Below are positions 48,801 through 58,829 of a DNA stretch of 64,000 bases, one piece after another (positions within the stretch are counted from its first letter, which is position 1; each line of letters begins with the position of its first letter). The stretch spans positions 42,779 to 106,778 of the forward strand of contig CAWIDH010000031.1 of assembly GCA_963834855.1 (NCBI GenBank), read 5' to 3'. Under the pieces are notes generated by a model. It saw only the letters and a list, made by a program, of their open reading frames with translations. It did no database searches and had not been told where the DNA came from. The position numbers were made by a program, and so were the translations under genes. The stretch comes from an uncultured Gammaproteobacteria bacterium (GTDB lineage: Bacteria; Pseudomonadota; Gammaproteobacteria; Steroidobacterales; Steroidobacteraceae).

Positions 48801-51013
48801 GTCACGACGCCGGCGACCAGAGCCAGCACGCGTACCGAGCGGCTGCGTATGCGCCTGTCATCGGCCTGCGAGCGCTCGATGTAATCAACGAGATGGGCTT
48901 CGGTGTCCGCGCGATGCTCGCGCAGGAGACGCTGTCCGTCGATCAGGTCGAGGTCCGTGAGGAGTCCCGGTTCGTGGCCAAGACGCGCGCGCCAGGCGGC
49001 AAATCTCGCGCGTAGCGTTGCTTTGCGCTTGTCCTTGGTGGCGAAGTCCTCGCCGGAGTCCTTTGACGCGCGCCACAGCGCATACCGCTCCTCGATGCGG
49101 CGGCGGATCTTGAGGGCTTCGGCATTGTCCTGCACGAAATCGCGCGCCCGGGCCCATCGCGTGATGAGCGCTTCGTGGGCCACACGGACGGTCGGGCCGC
49201 CACCCGTTTCAGCATCGCTGACCAGCAGGCGCGCATCGGAATGGAGCAGCGCCTCGACCAGCCTGCGTTGCGCCGTGCCCGGCGGAAACGTCGACAGAGG
49301 CACCCGCCTGGAGATGGCGCGGTCGACGTCGCCGTCGGTGGTGCCCATCTGGACCAACGCGAACAGCACCGAACCGAGCGCCTGGCGATCCTCGGGCGCG
49401 CAGCTCTCCAATACCGCGTCCGCCCGGGTGGCGATCGCGCCTCCCAGCCGGCCGAGCCGCTCGTAGGTCGCAAAGGTCAGGGCGGTGCCCTGGGCCTCGA
49501 GCACATCGCTGCGATAGAGCTGGTCCAGGAGATAGGAGAGCAGCGGCAGTGCCCCGGCTTCGTGGGCGACTTCCTCTGCGATGATCTCGTTGAGCGGCAC
49601 GTCGGTCGTCGGGTGGTGCTCGAAGCCGACCCCCGCCGCGGCCGCGGGACGCCGGATCATCTGGCTCAGCTGCGTCTGTGTGGGTGGCAGGAGCTCGAGT
49701 CGACCGTCGCGCTCGGCCATTCGTACGAGCTCCGGCGTGTCGTCGGCCTGGTGCCAGAAGTCCTTGCGCATCGTGGCAATGACCCAGACGTGACCCGAGC
49801 GCACCAGGCCCGCGACCAGGGCGATGAAGCGTTGCCGCTCCAGAGGCGTCAGCAGTTCGTTCGTGAACAGCTCTTCGAGCTGATCCAGCACGAGTACGAG
49901 TCGCGCGGTCTCGTACTCCAGCATGCGGCCACTCTTGCGCGCGGTGACCGCCAGCTGTCCAAGCACCGCAGCGATCGGATAGGCGGGTTCGGCCGTGGCA
50001 TTGCGCAGGTGCGCGGCAAGACCCGAAACCGATTGGCCCGGCCCGATGAGTTCCGACAGACCTTCGTCCGCGGAAACCTGCATCGTGAGCCTGCGCGCAA
50101 GCGCATCAAAGAGATCCTCGCCCTCTTGCGCATCGCTGGGGCGGAAAATGACGCGCCGCAGGAACGCGACGCCCGGTATGCGTCGCGGCACGAAGAGCTT
50201 CGGAACGATGCCTGCCTTCACCAGCGACGACTTGCCGGAGCCGCTGGCTCCCAGCACGAGCAGGAACGGCGAGCCTGCCGCGGCGCTCGCCACGAGCTGG
50301 ACCATGGCCTTCGTCAGGGCATCGTCCTGGCCGAAGAAGATCGGCGCGTGCTCGAACTCGTAGGATTCCAGTCCGCGAAACGGCGCCTGCGTCCATATCC
50401 GGGTTCCCTGTTCGTGACCGGCCGAGGCCAGGGGTGCAATGCGCTTCTCGATGAGCTTGCGCAGGTGCTTTTCGAATGCCGCTGCAAACTCGGTGCCGTT
50501 TGCAAACTCGGTGTAGGCGCCGAGATAGGTTCCCTGGTTGGCGAAGTGCCGTGACCAGAACCGGTCGAGCTCCTCGAGCTGCTCGATGTCCTTCCGCCGG
50601 TGCTCGGAATCCAGGGTGTTTACGCGGGCGTACTCGCGGCTGCGGTAGACGAGGAGATCCGGCGTTCCGACCTCCCGGGTAGCTTTCAAGGCTTCCTCGT
50701 ACTCCCACTCTGTTCCGGTCACGGGCGCGCGCCCGTCGATTCCGCGGTACTCACGCACCTTCGTGCGCTCCGGCAGAGGCGTGCCCAGCCGCGACCAGAC
50801 GATCAGCACGACGATGTCGAATGCGCTCGGCGGCTCGATCGAGTCCTGGAAATGCCCCGAGGCGACCATTGCCTCGTATTCCCAGAGATAAGGCTCGATC
50901 GTGAAGAAGCGCGCGTAGTCCTGCGCCAGGCGTTCGATGGTGAGTGCCGCGATCTCGCGCGTCGCACTGACATCGCCAGGCGAGGAAAGGAAGATCCTCA
51001 GCCGCTTGATCAC
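45863..51013 (-). pseudogene. DUF4062 (TIR-like) - nSTAND1 P-loop NTPase - TM helix - 14x WD40 - Sel1-repeat protein; about 1,716 codons, three frame breaks (near 47995, 46940, 46292)
   Basis: Collinear pieces are 47759..51013, 46531..48747 (WD part), 46008..46889 and 45863..46384. Motifs: RIFLSSPGDVSATRE / DIVVLIVWSRLGT / TGTEWEYEEA; PFRGLESYEFEHAPIFFGQDDA; Walker A GASGSGKSS (50233..50259); Walker B LVLVLDQLEELF; TM VRVLALVAGVVTVLALLASGAGLIAL; SPDGRRIVTAS x14; Sel1-like AAFELGQLYEQG...AWSWYRKGADIGEPNALARFG. Confidence 0.85.
46745..48560 (-). repeat. tandem 126-nt coding repeats (14 WD40 units) inside the STAND gene
   Basis: The unit SGH-x-V-x-SAAFSPDGRRIVTAS-x-D-x-TARIWDA-x-TG-x-L-x-VL recurs 14 times. 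Three units carry short insertions after SGH. Confidence 0.85.
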
Positions 51014-51056
51014 GGGCGGCGGACACTACGGCATTGGATTGGCACGGTCCAGCGCG

Positions 51057-54008
51057 TCAGAAGCGCAGCGCCAGCGTGACGTAGTAGCGTCGCCCCAGCA
51101 CGTCGAACTGTGACGGGTCCGTGTTCGCATTGCCCACGCCGGAAAGATCGGGGGCTGCTCGTTAGTCAGATTCTCGACCCCGGCGCGGATCGTGAGATTG
51201 TCGAACCAGCCGTCATCGAACGTGTAGCTGCCGTCGACGTCGAAGTAGTCCCTGTGCGGCACGGTCATGTCGGTCGTCTTGAATCCGAATCGGGAGGTGT
51301 CGACCGTCGAGTCGACGTATTGCCAGCTCAGCCCGACGTCGAAATCACGCCACGTGTAGCGCAGGTCCGCGAGCCACTTCCATTCCGGATAGGAGCCGCC
51401 AAAGCCACCGATCGTTCCGGCGAACTGGTCCGCAGGTACGGCGCTCGTCGTCTGGAGCTCGAACCTATCCAGCCAGCCGACGTACCAGCCGACGCCGAGC
51501 GTGCCGGGTCCGACGGGCAGGCTCCAGTCGACCTGGAAGTCGACGCCCGACGTCGTCTGCGTGGCGAGGTTATAGAGCGTGTCAACGGCGCCGACGACCT
51601 CCCCGGTGGCCGAATCGCGGCCGAACAGCGTGCACCAGTAGTTGTCCGCCGCGTAAGCCGGATTGTAGACGGGGTCGAAGCAGTTCAGGACGGCGGTGCC
51701 TGCGTCCACGAATGTGACCACGTCGTCGATCTCGATGCGATACCAGTCGATGGTGAACTGCAGGTCACGCACCCAGGGCGATTCGAACCCGGGGCGCACG
51801 ACGATGCCGGCGGTGACCGTGTCGGCGGTCTCGGGCTCGAGATCCGGGTTGCCGACGACGGTCGTCAGGATATCGGAAGCGGAGTAATCGGGCAGCAGCT
51901 CCACCGGCATCCCCTGCTCGACGCACAGTGCCTCGACCAGCTGCGCGTCGGGACCGTTCCGCTGATCGCTGTCCACGCTGCAGGGCTCGGGTGGGAACAA
52001 AAAGACGAAGCTCGACGTTCCGGGCAGGAACAACTCGAAGATGGAAGGCACGCGCACCGCGCGCTGGTAGGACCCACGCAGGCGTACGGCGGTCATCGGT
52101 TGATACAGCAGCTCCGCCTTCCACGCGTCGACCCCGCCCGCGGATGCGTAGTCTGAATACCGGTATCCGAACACCGATTCGAGCGACTCGACGCCCGGCA
52201 GGTCCGCCAGGAGCGGGATCGCGGCCTCGACGTAGACGTCGGTGTTGTGGTCCTCGCCATCGATGTCGTCGGCGGCCTCGGAGCCGACGATGTCTGGACC
52301 GCCGTCCGGCAGGATCGTCCGCAGGGCTTCGTCCGCACGATACTCGTACTCGTCGCTGCGATACTGCACGCCGATCGCCATCCGCAGATCGCCCGCGGGG
52401 AGCGCGAACGGCGCACCGTGGGCCGAGATCTCGGCAATCACTTGCCGCGACGTCGGCCTCGATGCCGGCGTCGACGGCAATGTAGTCCGCGCATCCGGGC
52501 AGGACCGAGCCGACGCCGAAGGGATTGAAACCCCCGCAGATGGAGACGCCGCCGTCCGGCGCGAACGTCAGTTCCTCGACCCGCGAACGGCTGACATTGC
52601 CGGTCTGGTACTTCCACTGGCTGCTCGCACCGTATTGCGCATAGACGTCGAAGTCCCAGTCGCCCGGCAGGCGGCCGCGCGCCCCGGCCGTCAGCTGGTG
52701 CATGTCGTAGTTGTTCTCGTGCACTCGCGGTCCGCGCTCGGGCAACCGTTTGCCGAAATCAAACGGAGCGTCCGGGTCCTGGCGCGAGTCGAGCAGGCGC
52801 TTGAGGTCCGCCGGGATGAACGGATTGGTGGGTGGCATGACGACAGACTGCAGCGGGACCGGTGCGACCTGGCTGTTGACCGTGTAGTCGGCGTAAATAC
52901 CCTCGGCGTACAACTCGAGGTCGTCGGTCAGGTCGAAGTTCGCGGACGCGTAGGCCGACGTCCGGGTCAGCGGCATCTGCAGGGCGACGAAATTCGCGAA
53001 ATTGTAGTTGTGGAAAAAGGAGCTCGAGGTCAGTGGATCGCCCTGACCGCGGAAGTTTGCGACGCTGTCCGGCTCGACGTTGCCCATCGTGAACACGGTC
53101 CCGTCGGTGTTGAACCCGAAGTCATGATTGCCCTCTTGCGGTACCGTTCCGGCGGGATATCCGTAGGATTCGAACACGCGTCGAATACCTCCGGATCCGC
53201 GTCGATTGTCACCGTCAGAACGCCACGCCTTCCTCGGTGAAACTCGACCCGATGCCCACGTAGGCGTTGCCGGGGCCGGTGATGCCCTCGCCAGGCCCGA
53301 CATAGAACAACGGCGGCCCGCGAAAACTCCCGCGCCGGCTGATTGATCTGGGCACGATCGTAGTAGCCGACATAGCCCATGATCGATCCGCGGCCATCCG
53401 CGAAGCCCGTGCCGGCCGTAAGCGAGATGTCGTATTCCTCGCCGTCGCCGCGATCGGTCTGACCCCAGCGCCCGCCAAGCTCGACGCCGTCGAATTCACG
53501 CCGCAGCCGGAAGTTGACGACGCCCGCGATTGCGTCCGACCCGTAGACGGCCGAGGCCCCGCCGGTGACGACCTCTACGCTCTCGATCAGCGCCGGAGGA
53601 ATGACGTTCAGGTCCGTCTCGCCATTGGCGTTGACCGGCGTCAGCCGCCGGCCGTCGACGAGGACCAGCGTGCGGTTGTCGCCGAGCCCACGAAGGTTGA
53701 GGCCCGCCCTGCCTTCGGAGTAGCTGTTCAGAGTTCCCCGCATCGTTGGATGTGCCGGTGTAGCTCGGCACGAACTGCGGATATCGATTCAGCGTCGTCT
53801 CGGCGGTGCCCGACGACGTACGCTCGAATGCTGCGGCCGGCACCGCCACGATCGGGCTCGCTGCCTCGAAGTTCGGCCGTGCGATGCGCGTGCCGGTCAC
53901 GACGACTTCCTCGAGTGATTGGTCGTCAGCTCTCGCGGAGAACGGGCAGGCGATCACGGCCAGCAGACATGATCCGGACAGCGCGATTCGAACTGGCCCC
54001 ACGTTCAA
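51057..54008 (-). pseudogene. TonB-dependent receptor (core copy 2, paralog of 42910..45878), about 6 frame breaks (near 53745, 53330, 53215, 53175, 52450, 51105)
   Basis: Signal peptide and LEEVVVTGTR are in ORF 53496..54008. Further pieces are 53030..53743, 53215..53499, 51765..53303 and 51026..52480. The true end, DVLGRRYYVTLALRF-stop at 51057, is in another frame. Confidence 0.85.
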
Positions 54009-54665
54009 CCCCCAGAGTTGACGTCAGCGCGCCGCCGGCTCACCGAGGCGTTCGATGTCCGATGGCAGCAATTCAGGCCGCGCCAGGAATCTTCTTCGTT
54101 CGCCGTCCGCCACCGAACGCAACCGGGCGACGATCGCCTCGAATCGACGCGGACCTCGGATCGTTCGTCGCAGGCCGGTACGTGGCCAGTCTCCGCCAGC
54201 CTCCGGCGTGATGCCCCCTTTCCGGTTCGATCATGGACTGTCGGTGTTCCCGGCGCAAGCGAGCCAGCGACGCCGGCCGGCTTCGTGGAATCGCGCACCG
54301 CGCCGGCAAGGATCGTGCTGAGCGCACTGGTCGTAGACACACATCGACGACTGCCGGATCCGGAGTCGCGTGCGCGAAGGAAGGGAGTCTGGACAGTGAC
54401 CGTGTTTCACCAAGGAGGGTGAGCGAACGTTCGGAGCTCACAATTAGATTCATTCTGGAGTTCGTCGCGCAATACCCCGGCCGCTTGTGGACGACGTCGG
54501 CGCGATTCTCGCCGTGATCTGTGACTTGTGTCGGGCGGTTCGGCTCGCGTGATGGTTCAATGCGAACACGCGCGATCGCGGCGTTGTCTTGCCATATCTC
54601 GTTATGCCCAGCCCTCCACGGCTGCAGGTGTATCGCGGGCAGCGCTGCGGTCGCGCGACCACGGC

Positions 54666-55508
54666 CTAGGACGCACGGGTGGCCGCCGGCCGCACGGCCT
54701 CAACGAAAGCCTCGATCGACTCGTGCGCCATGCGCGCAATCGCGGCTTCGGTCGCGTCGAACGTGATTCGCGCCTTCACAAAGCAACCCCGGCGTGTCGT
54801 GAGCAGGGCCGAGGTCATCTGCGAACCTGGCAGGTCGATGATGGTCATCAGGCAGCGCTGCCTGCCCGCGGGATCTAGAAACCGCGCCTCGTGCTTGACC
54901 CTGGCGCCGGGGCTCGCGTCGATCACCGCCGCGACGACCTCAGCGTACTCGGCAACGACGCGTTGGTCCGCCAGATCCTCCGATGGCAGCGGCTGGCCGT
55001 TGTCGTACACGGAGACTATCGCTTCGATTCGAAGCCCGGCATACGACACGCTGCTTCCCAGTCCCGGCTTCTGCGGCTCGTCGTCCGTGGCATTGAAGAA
55101 GTGCAGCCAGCCCAGTTGGGTGGGCAGCCGCACGCCCGATCGCCGATCGACGAATTCGCGCGGAGCCGGAAGGTCGATCGATGTGCTGTCCGTAGCGAGG
55201 GCATCGAGCGCGAAATAGACGCCCTCCCGAAGGACAACATACTGCTGGTCGACGAGCTGCAAGGTCTCGATGCCCGCGCGGACGAGCTTCTTCTCCGGCG
55301 AAACGATTTCGAGATCGACCAGTCGCCAGCCGATCCTGCGCGCGACCCCCAGGCACCGCAGCACGACCGCCATGACTTCGACAGCGACCGGCAAGGCGGG
55401 CGCGGCTACGACGACCGGCGTGGCCTCGTTGCCGTCCCCGCCGCGTATGGGCAGGTCGACCTGGAAGGCCCGCTTCAGGAAATCACGAAGCGCGAATTCG
55501 TCCGGCAT
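54666..55508 (-). CDS. hypothetical protein, no recognisable domain
   Basis: 280-aa ORF with strong GC3 bias in this frame. The ATG at 55508 overlaps the 3' end of the arm-B aminotransferase by 26 nt. No TM segment or signal peptide seen. Confidence 0.55.
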   Translation of the reverse strand: MPDEFALRDFLKRAFQVDLPIRGGDGNEATPVVVAAPALPVAVEVMAVVLRCLGVARRIGWRLVDLEIVSPEKKLVRAGIETLQLVDQQYVVLREGVYFALDALATDSTSIDLPAPREFVDRRSGVRLPTQLGWLHFFNATDDEPQKPGLGSSVSYAGLRIEAIVSVYDNGQPLPSEDLADQRVVAEYAEVVAAVIDASPGARVKHEARFLDPAGRQRCLMTIIDLPGSQMTSALLTTRRGCFVKARITFDATEAAIARMAHESIEAFVEAVRPAATRAS

Positions 55509-56638
55509 GCGCTCGCCCGATGAAGGCGTCCAGCCTCGCGAGGCCTGCCACCGTCTTGTTCGCGTCGTAGCCGAAGCCCACCCGGATGCCGTTGCTCGCG
55601 CCGAAATGACCGGCGGGGACGAAGAGCACGGAGTGCTCGCGTCGCAACCGGTCGATCAGGTCAACGGAGTCGAAGTCGAACGAGTATTCGAAGTAGGCGA
55701 TCGCGCCGGCGCGCGGCCGCACGTAACTGTAGACGTCCCGGCGCTCATCGAGCCAGTCCTCCACGGCCGGAAGGTTCTGCCGGATGATGCGTCGCGTGCG
55801 CGCGAGGATGGCGTCGCGTCGCGCCGGCTCCATCGCGATGGCCGCGAGACGGTCGTTGAGCAAGCCCGGCGTCAGCGTCAGGTAATCGTGGCGAATCCAG
55901 GTCTGCGCGATGAACTCAGGCGGCGCGACGACCCACCCGATGCGAAGGCCCGGCATTCCGAAGGCCTTCGAGAGACCGGATGTGATGATGACCCGCTCAT
56001 AGCGTCCCCAGAAGGTCGGCGTGATCGCGTCGGCATCGACTTCGGCGCCACGGTAGATCTCGTCGGCGATGATCCAGGCTCCGACGCGCCGTGCAGCGGC
56101 GATGATCGCCGAACATTTCCGCCTCGGTCAGCACCGCACCGGTCGGGTTGTTCGGGTTGGTTACGAGGATTGCCGTGGTCGTTGGCTTCACGGCGCGATC
56201 GAGCGACTCGAGATCGAGTGCCCAGCGCCTCACACCGCCGTCGTCGCGCAGCACGAGACGGAACGCATCAACCGCGCCGGCGTATGCGCCGCCCAGGCCC
56301 CAGGCCTGCAGGTAGTTCGGGAGCATGCACGCCAGCCGTCCCTCGCTGCCGAGCAAGGCCCAGAGCGTCACGTAGTTGGCTTCGGAGCCGCCGTTGGTGA
56401 CCGTGACGTTCTCTGCAGCACAGCCCGGATAGAACTGCGCGATGTGATCCCGGAGCCTTCGCGACCCATCGGATTCCGCATAACAGAGACCTTGCGCGAG
56501 AAAACGCTCGCGCGCCTCGGGTGTTTCGAGGAGTTCTTCCACACGCAAAGGCAATACGCCGCTCTCCGAAAGATTGAGCTCGACCGCGTGCTCGTAGAGG
56601 CACTGCGTGCGCTCCATCTCGAAGGTTTCGATCTGCAT
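55483..56638 (-). pseudogene. class I/II PLP aminotransferase (arm B), one frame break near 56108
   Basis: The N-terminal part is ORF 55997..56638, good up to NPNNPTGAVLTEAEM. The C-terminal part is in the frame of ORF 55483..55956 (AIIAAARRVGAWIIADEIYRG ... SKAFGMPGLRIGW). It is collinear with 36993..38153. Confidence 0.85.
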
Positions 56639-56680
56639 ACAGCCTCCTGGGGGTTTCGCCCTGTGTCACTCGCCGGCGGG

Positions 56681-57670
56681 TCAGGCCTCGAACGGCCGGC
56701 CGAGATTCAGCTCCATTGCTCTGCGAATCGCCTCGACTGCGATCGTCGTGTCCTGCACGCCGACGCCGGTCAGGTCGCAGAGGGTGATCTCGGCGTCGTT
56801 CGCGCGGCCGTCCCGTCGGCCGGCGGTGAGCTCGCCGAGCTCGGACACTCGCTCGACGTCGCCGATGACACCGGCGTCGATCGCGTGGTGCAGCTCGCCC
56901 AGCCTCGCGCACTGCCAGCGGCTGTCGCACGCGATGCGGTCCGCGCGCGCAAAGCAGGTGGCATGGATCTCCTGCTTGTGCTCGCCGTCCGCGCCAACGG
57001 CAGTGATGTGCAGCCCGGGATGCAGCCATTCCGCGCGCAGATACGGCTCGCGCGTCGGCGTCGTGGTGACGACGAACTGGCTCTCCCGCACGACCTGCTC
57101 GACGCTCTCCGCCACCGTCACCTCCACGCCGAGCTCGCGGCGCATCTCGTCGGCGTAGCGCTCGACGGCCGCCGCGTTGCGCCCATGCACGAGTATGCGT
57201 CGGAAGTCGCGGACCAGGCGCAGCCCGCGGAGCTGAAAGCGCGCCTGCATTCCGGAGCCGACGACGCCAGCGGTGTCGATCCGTTGCGGGGCGAGGTACC
57301 GTGCGGCGAGCGCGCCCGCGACCCCGGTGCGCAGGTCGGTGAGGTAGCCGTTGTCGAGCAGCACGGCCTCGAGCAAACCTGTGGTGGCGCTCATGACGAG
57401 CATCAGGCCGCTGCCGTAGGGTAGTCCCTGCGACGGATTGTCGAAGAAACCTGACGCGACCTTGATTGCAAACCGATCGAAGCCCTCGATGTATGCCGTC
57501 TTGATGTCGACCTCGCCACGATGCGCCGGAATGTCGACGCGCACGACCGGCGGCATGCTCACGCGTCCCTCGGACAGCCGTGTGAACCCGACGGCTACGG
57601 CCTCGGCCGCCTCGGGCGTCATCGAGACGCACCGGCGAATCTCCTGCTCATCCAGGATGAGTACGCTCAA
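56681..57670 (-). CDS. ornithine cyclodeaminase / mu-crystallin family protein (arm B)
   Basis: 329 aa, about 80% identical by eye to 35954..36943. Confidence 0.88.
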   Translation of the reverse strand: MSVLILDEQEIRRCVSMTPEAAEAVAVGFTRLSEGRVSMPPVVRVDIPAHRGEVDIKTAYIEGFDRFAIKVASGFFDNPSQGLPYGSGLMLVMSATTGLLEAVLLDNGYLTDLRTGVAGALAARYLAPQRIDTAGVVGSGMQARFQLRGLRLVRDFRRILVHGRNAAAVERYADEMRRELGVEVTVAESVEQVVRESQFVVTTTPTREPYLRAEWLHPGLHITAVGADGEHKQEIHATCFARADRIACDSRWQCARLGELHHAIDAGVIGDVERVSELGELTAGRRDGRANDAEITLCDLTGVGVQDTTIAVEAIRRAMELNLGRPFEA

Positions 57671-57678
57671 GGACGAGC

Positions 57679-58755
57679 TCAGGCCAGCCCGAGCCGGACG
57701 AGGCTCTCCGCCATGGCCGACGCCGCGTCGCCCGCCGGGATGAAGCTCATGCCGAGCGCCTGGCGGGTGCGGGTGTTGTCCACGCCATACCAGCGACCGA
57801 GGTCGGGGACCGCCTGGCGGGCGACCGGATCGAACATCGCGACGAGCTTGACGGCCCAGTCGGGAAGCGAACGCGATGGTACCTTTCGTGCGGCCGGACC
57901 CAGCGCAGAGCGGATCGACTTCGCCATGTCCAGCATCCAGATCGACTCCGATGCGGCGAGGTACCGCGCGCCGGACGTCACGTCGGCCTCGAGCGCGAGC
58001 CGATGCGCGCGTGCGACGTCACGCACGTCGACGCAGGGAAACGACAAGCGCGGGCAGCCCGGATACTTGCCCTTCAGGAACATCTGGATGATCTCGGCCG
58101 AGGCGCCGACGTCCCGGTCGAGCGCCGGGCCCAGGACTAAGCCGGGGTTCACGGACGCGTAGCGCATGCCCGAACGATCGCTGGCCATGAACTCCCGCGC
58201 CGCGCGCTCGGCGAGCGTCTTCGACTTCGCGTAAGCGGTGATGCCCGGGGAGTCGACCCGTGTCCAGTCCGCCTCGGTGTATGGCGTCGTCCGCTCGCGC
58301 GGATGCCCGTACATGATCGCCACCGTCGAGGAGGTCTGCACGAAGCGCTGCACGCCTGCAGCGGCCGCCGCACGCAGGACCCGCAGGCTGCCGTCGACAG
58401 CGGGACGGATCAGCACGCTCTCGTCCTTCGGCTGGGCGCTGGGAAACGGGGACGCGACGTGCAGCACGGCACTGCAGCCCTCGACCGCGCGCGGCCAGTG
58501 ATCGTCCTGAAGTAGATCCGCTTCGACGAACTCGAGAGCGGATGCGTCCGCATGCTGTCCGAGAGTGGTGCGGACCTTGTCGCCTGCTCCCGCTGAGCGC
58601 ACCGTGCCCCGCACGCGGTAGCCGGCGTTCAACATCTCGACCGCGCAGTGCTTGGCGATGAAACCGGAGATACCGGTGATGAGGACTCGATCGGTTGTCA
58701 TCGTGGCCCAGCCAAAAGGGGCGCCGAGGACGATATCGGCGCGCAGTCGGGGCAT
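57679..58755 (-). CDS. NAD-dependent epimerase/dehydratase (dihydroflavonol-reductase-like extended SDR); arm B only
   Basis: ATG at 58755 with GGAGGT 6 nt upstream (alternative ATG at 58701). VLITGISGFIAKH and YAKSK (YxxxK). The listed 633-aa ORF 57679..59580 is an out-of-frame upstream extension. Confidence 0.8.
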   Translation of the reverse strand: MPRLRADIVLGAPFGWATMTTDRVLITGISGFIAKHCAVEMLNAGYRVRGTVRSAGAGDKVRTTLGQHADASALEFVEADLLQDDHWPRAVEGCSAVLHVASPFPSAQPKDESVLIRPAVDGSLRVLRAAAAAGVQRFVQTSSTVAIMYGHPRERTTPYTEADWTRVDSPGITAYAKSKTLAERAAREFMASDRSGMRYASVNPGLVLGPALDRDVGASAEIIQMFLKGKYPGCPRLSFPCVDVRDVARAHRLALEADVTSGARYLAASESIWMLDMAKSIRSALGPAARKVPSRSLPDWAVKLVAMFDPVARQAVPDLGRWYGVDNTRTRQALGMSFIPAGDAASAMAESLVRLGLA

Positions 58756-58829
58756 CTTATTACCTCCGACAGCGACGCGACGAAACTTCTTTTGTGGCCG
58801 GTCGAACGACCGGCCGGGATGTAGTCGGC

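Noticed and set aside
46723-49015. Plus-strand ORFs of 280-491 aa (46723..47910, 47540..49015, 48042..48884) with their own internal periodicity.
   Set aside because: They are antisense and off-frame reflections of the 126-nt WD40 repeat array. The minus-strand frame gives canonical WD40 units.
54009-54665. A cobalamin or TPP riboswitch in the long leader of the TonB receptor.
   Set aside because: I found no B12-box-like core and no CUGAGA/ACCUGAUCUGGAUAAUGCCAGCG-type core on the receptor (minus) strand. A weak CTGAGC...CCGGATCCGG resemblance lies on the wrong strand.
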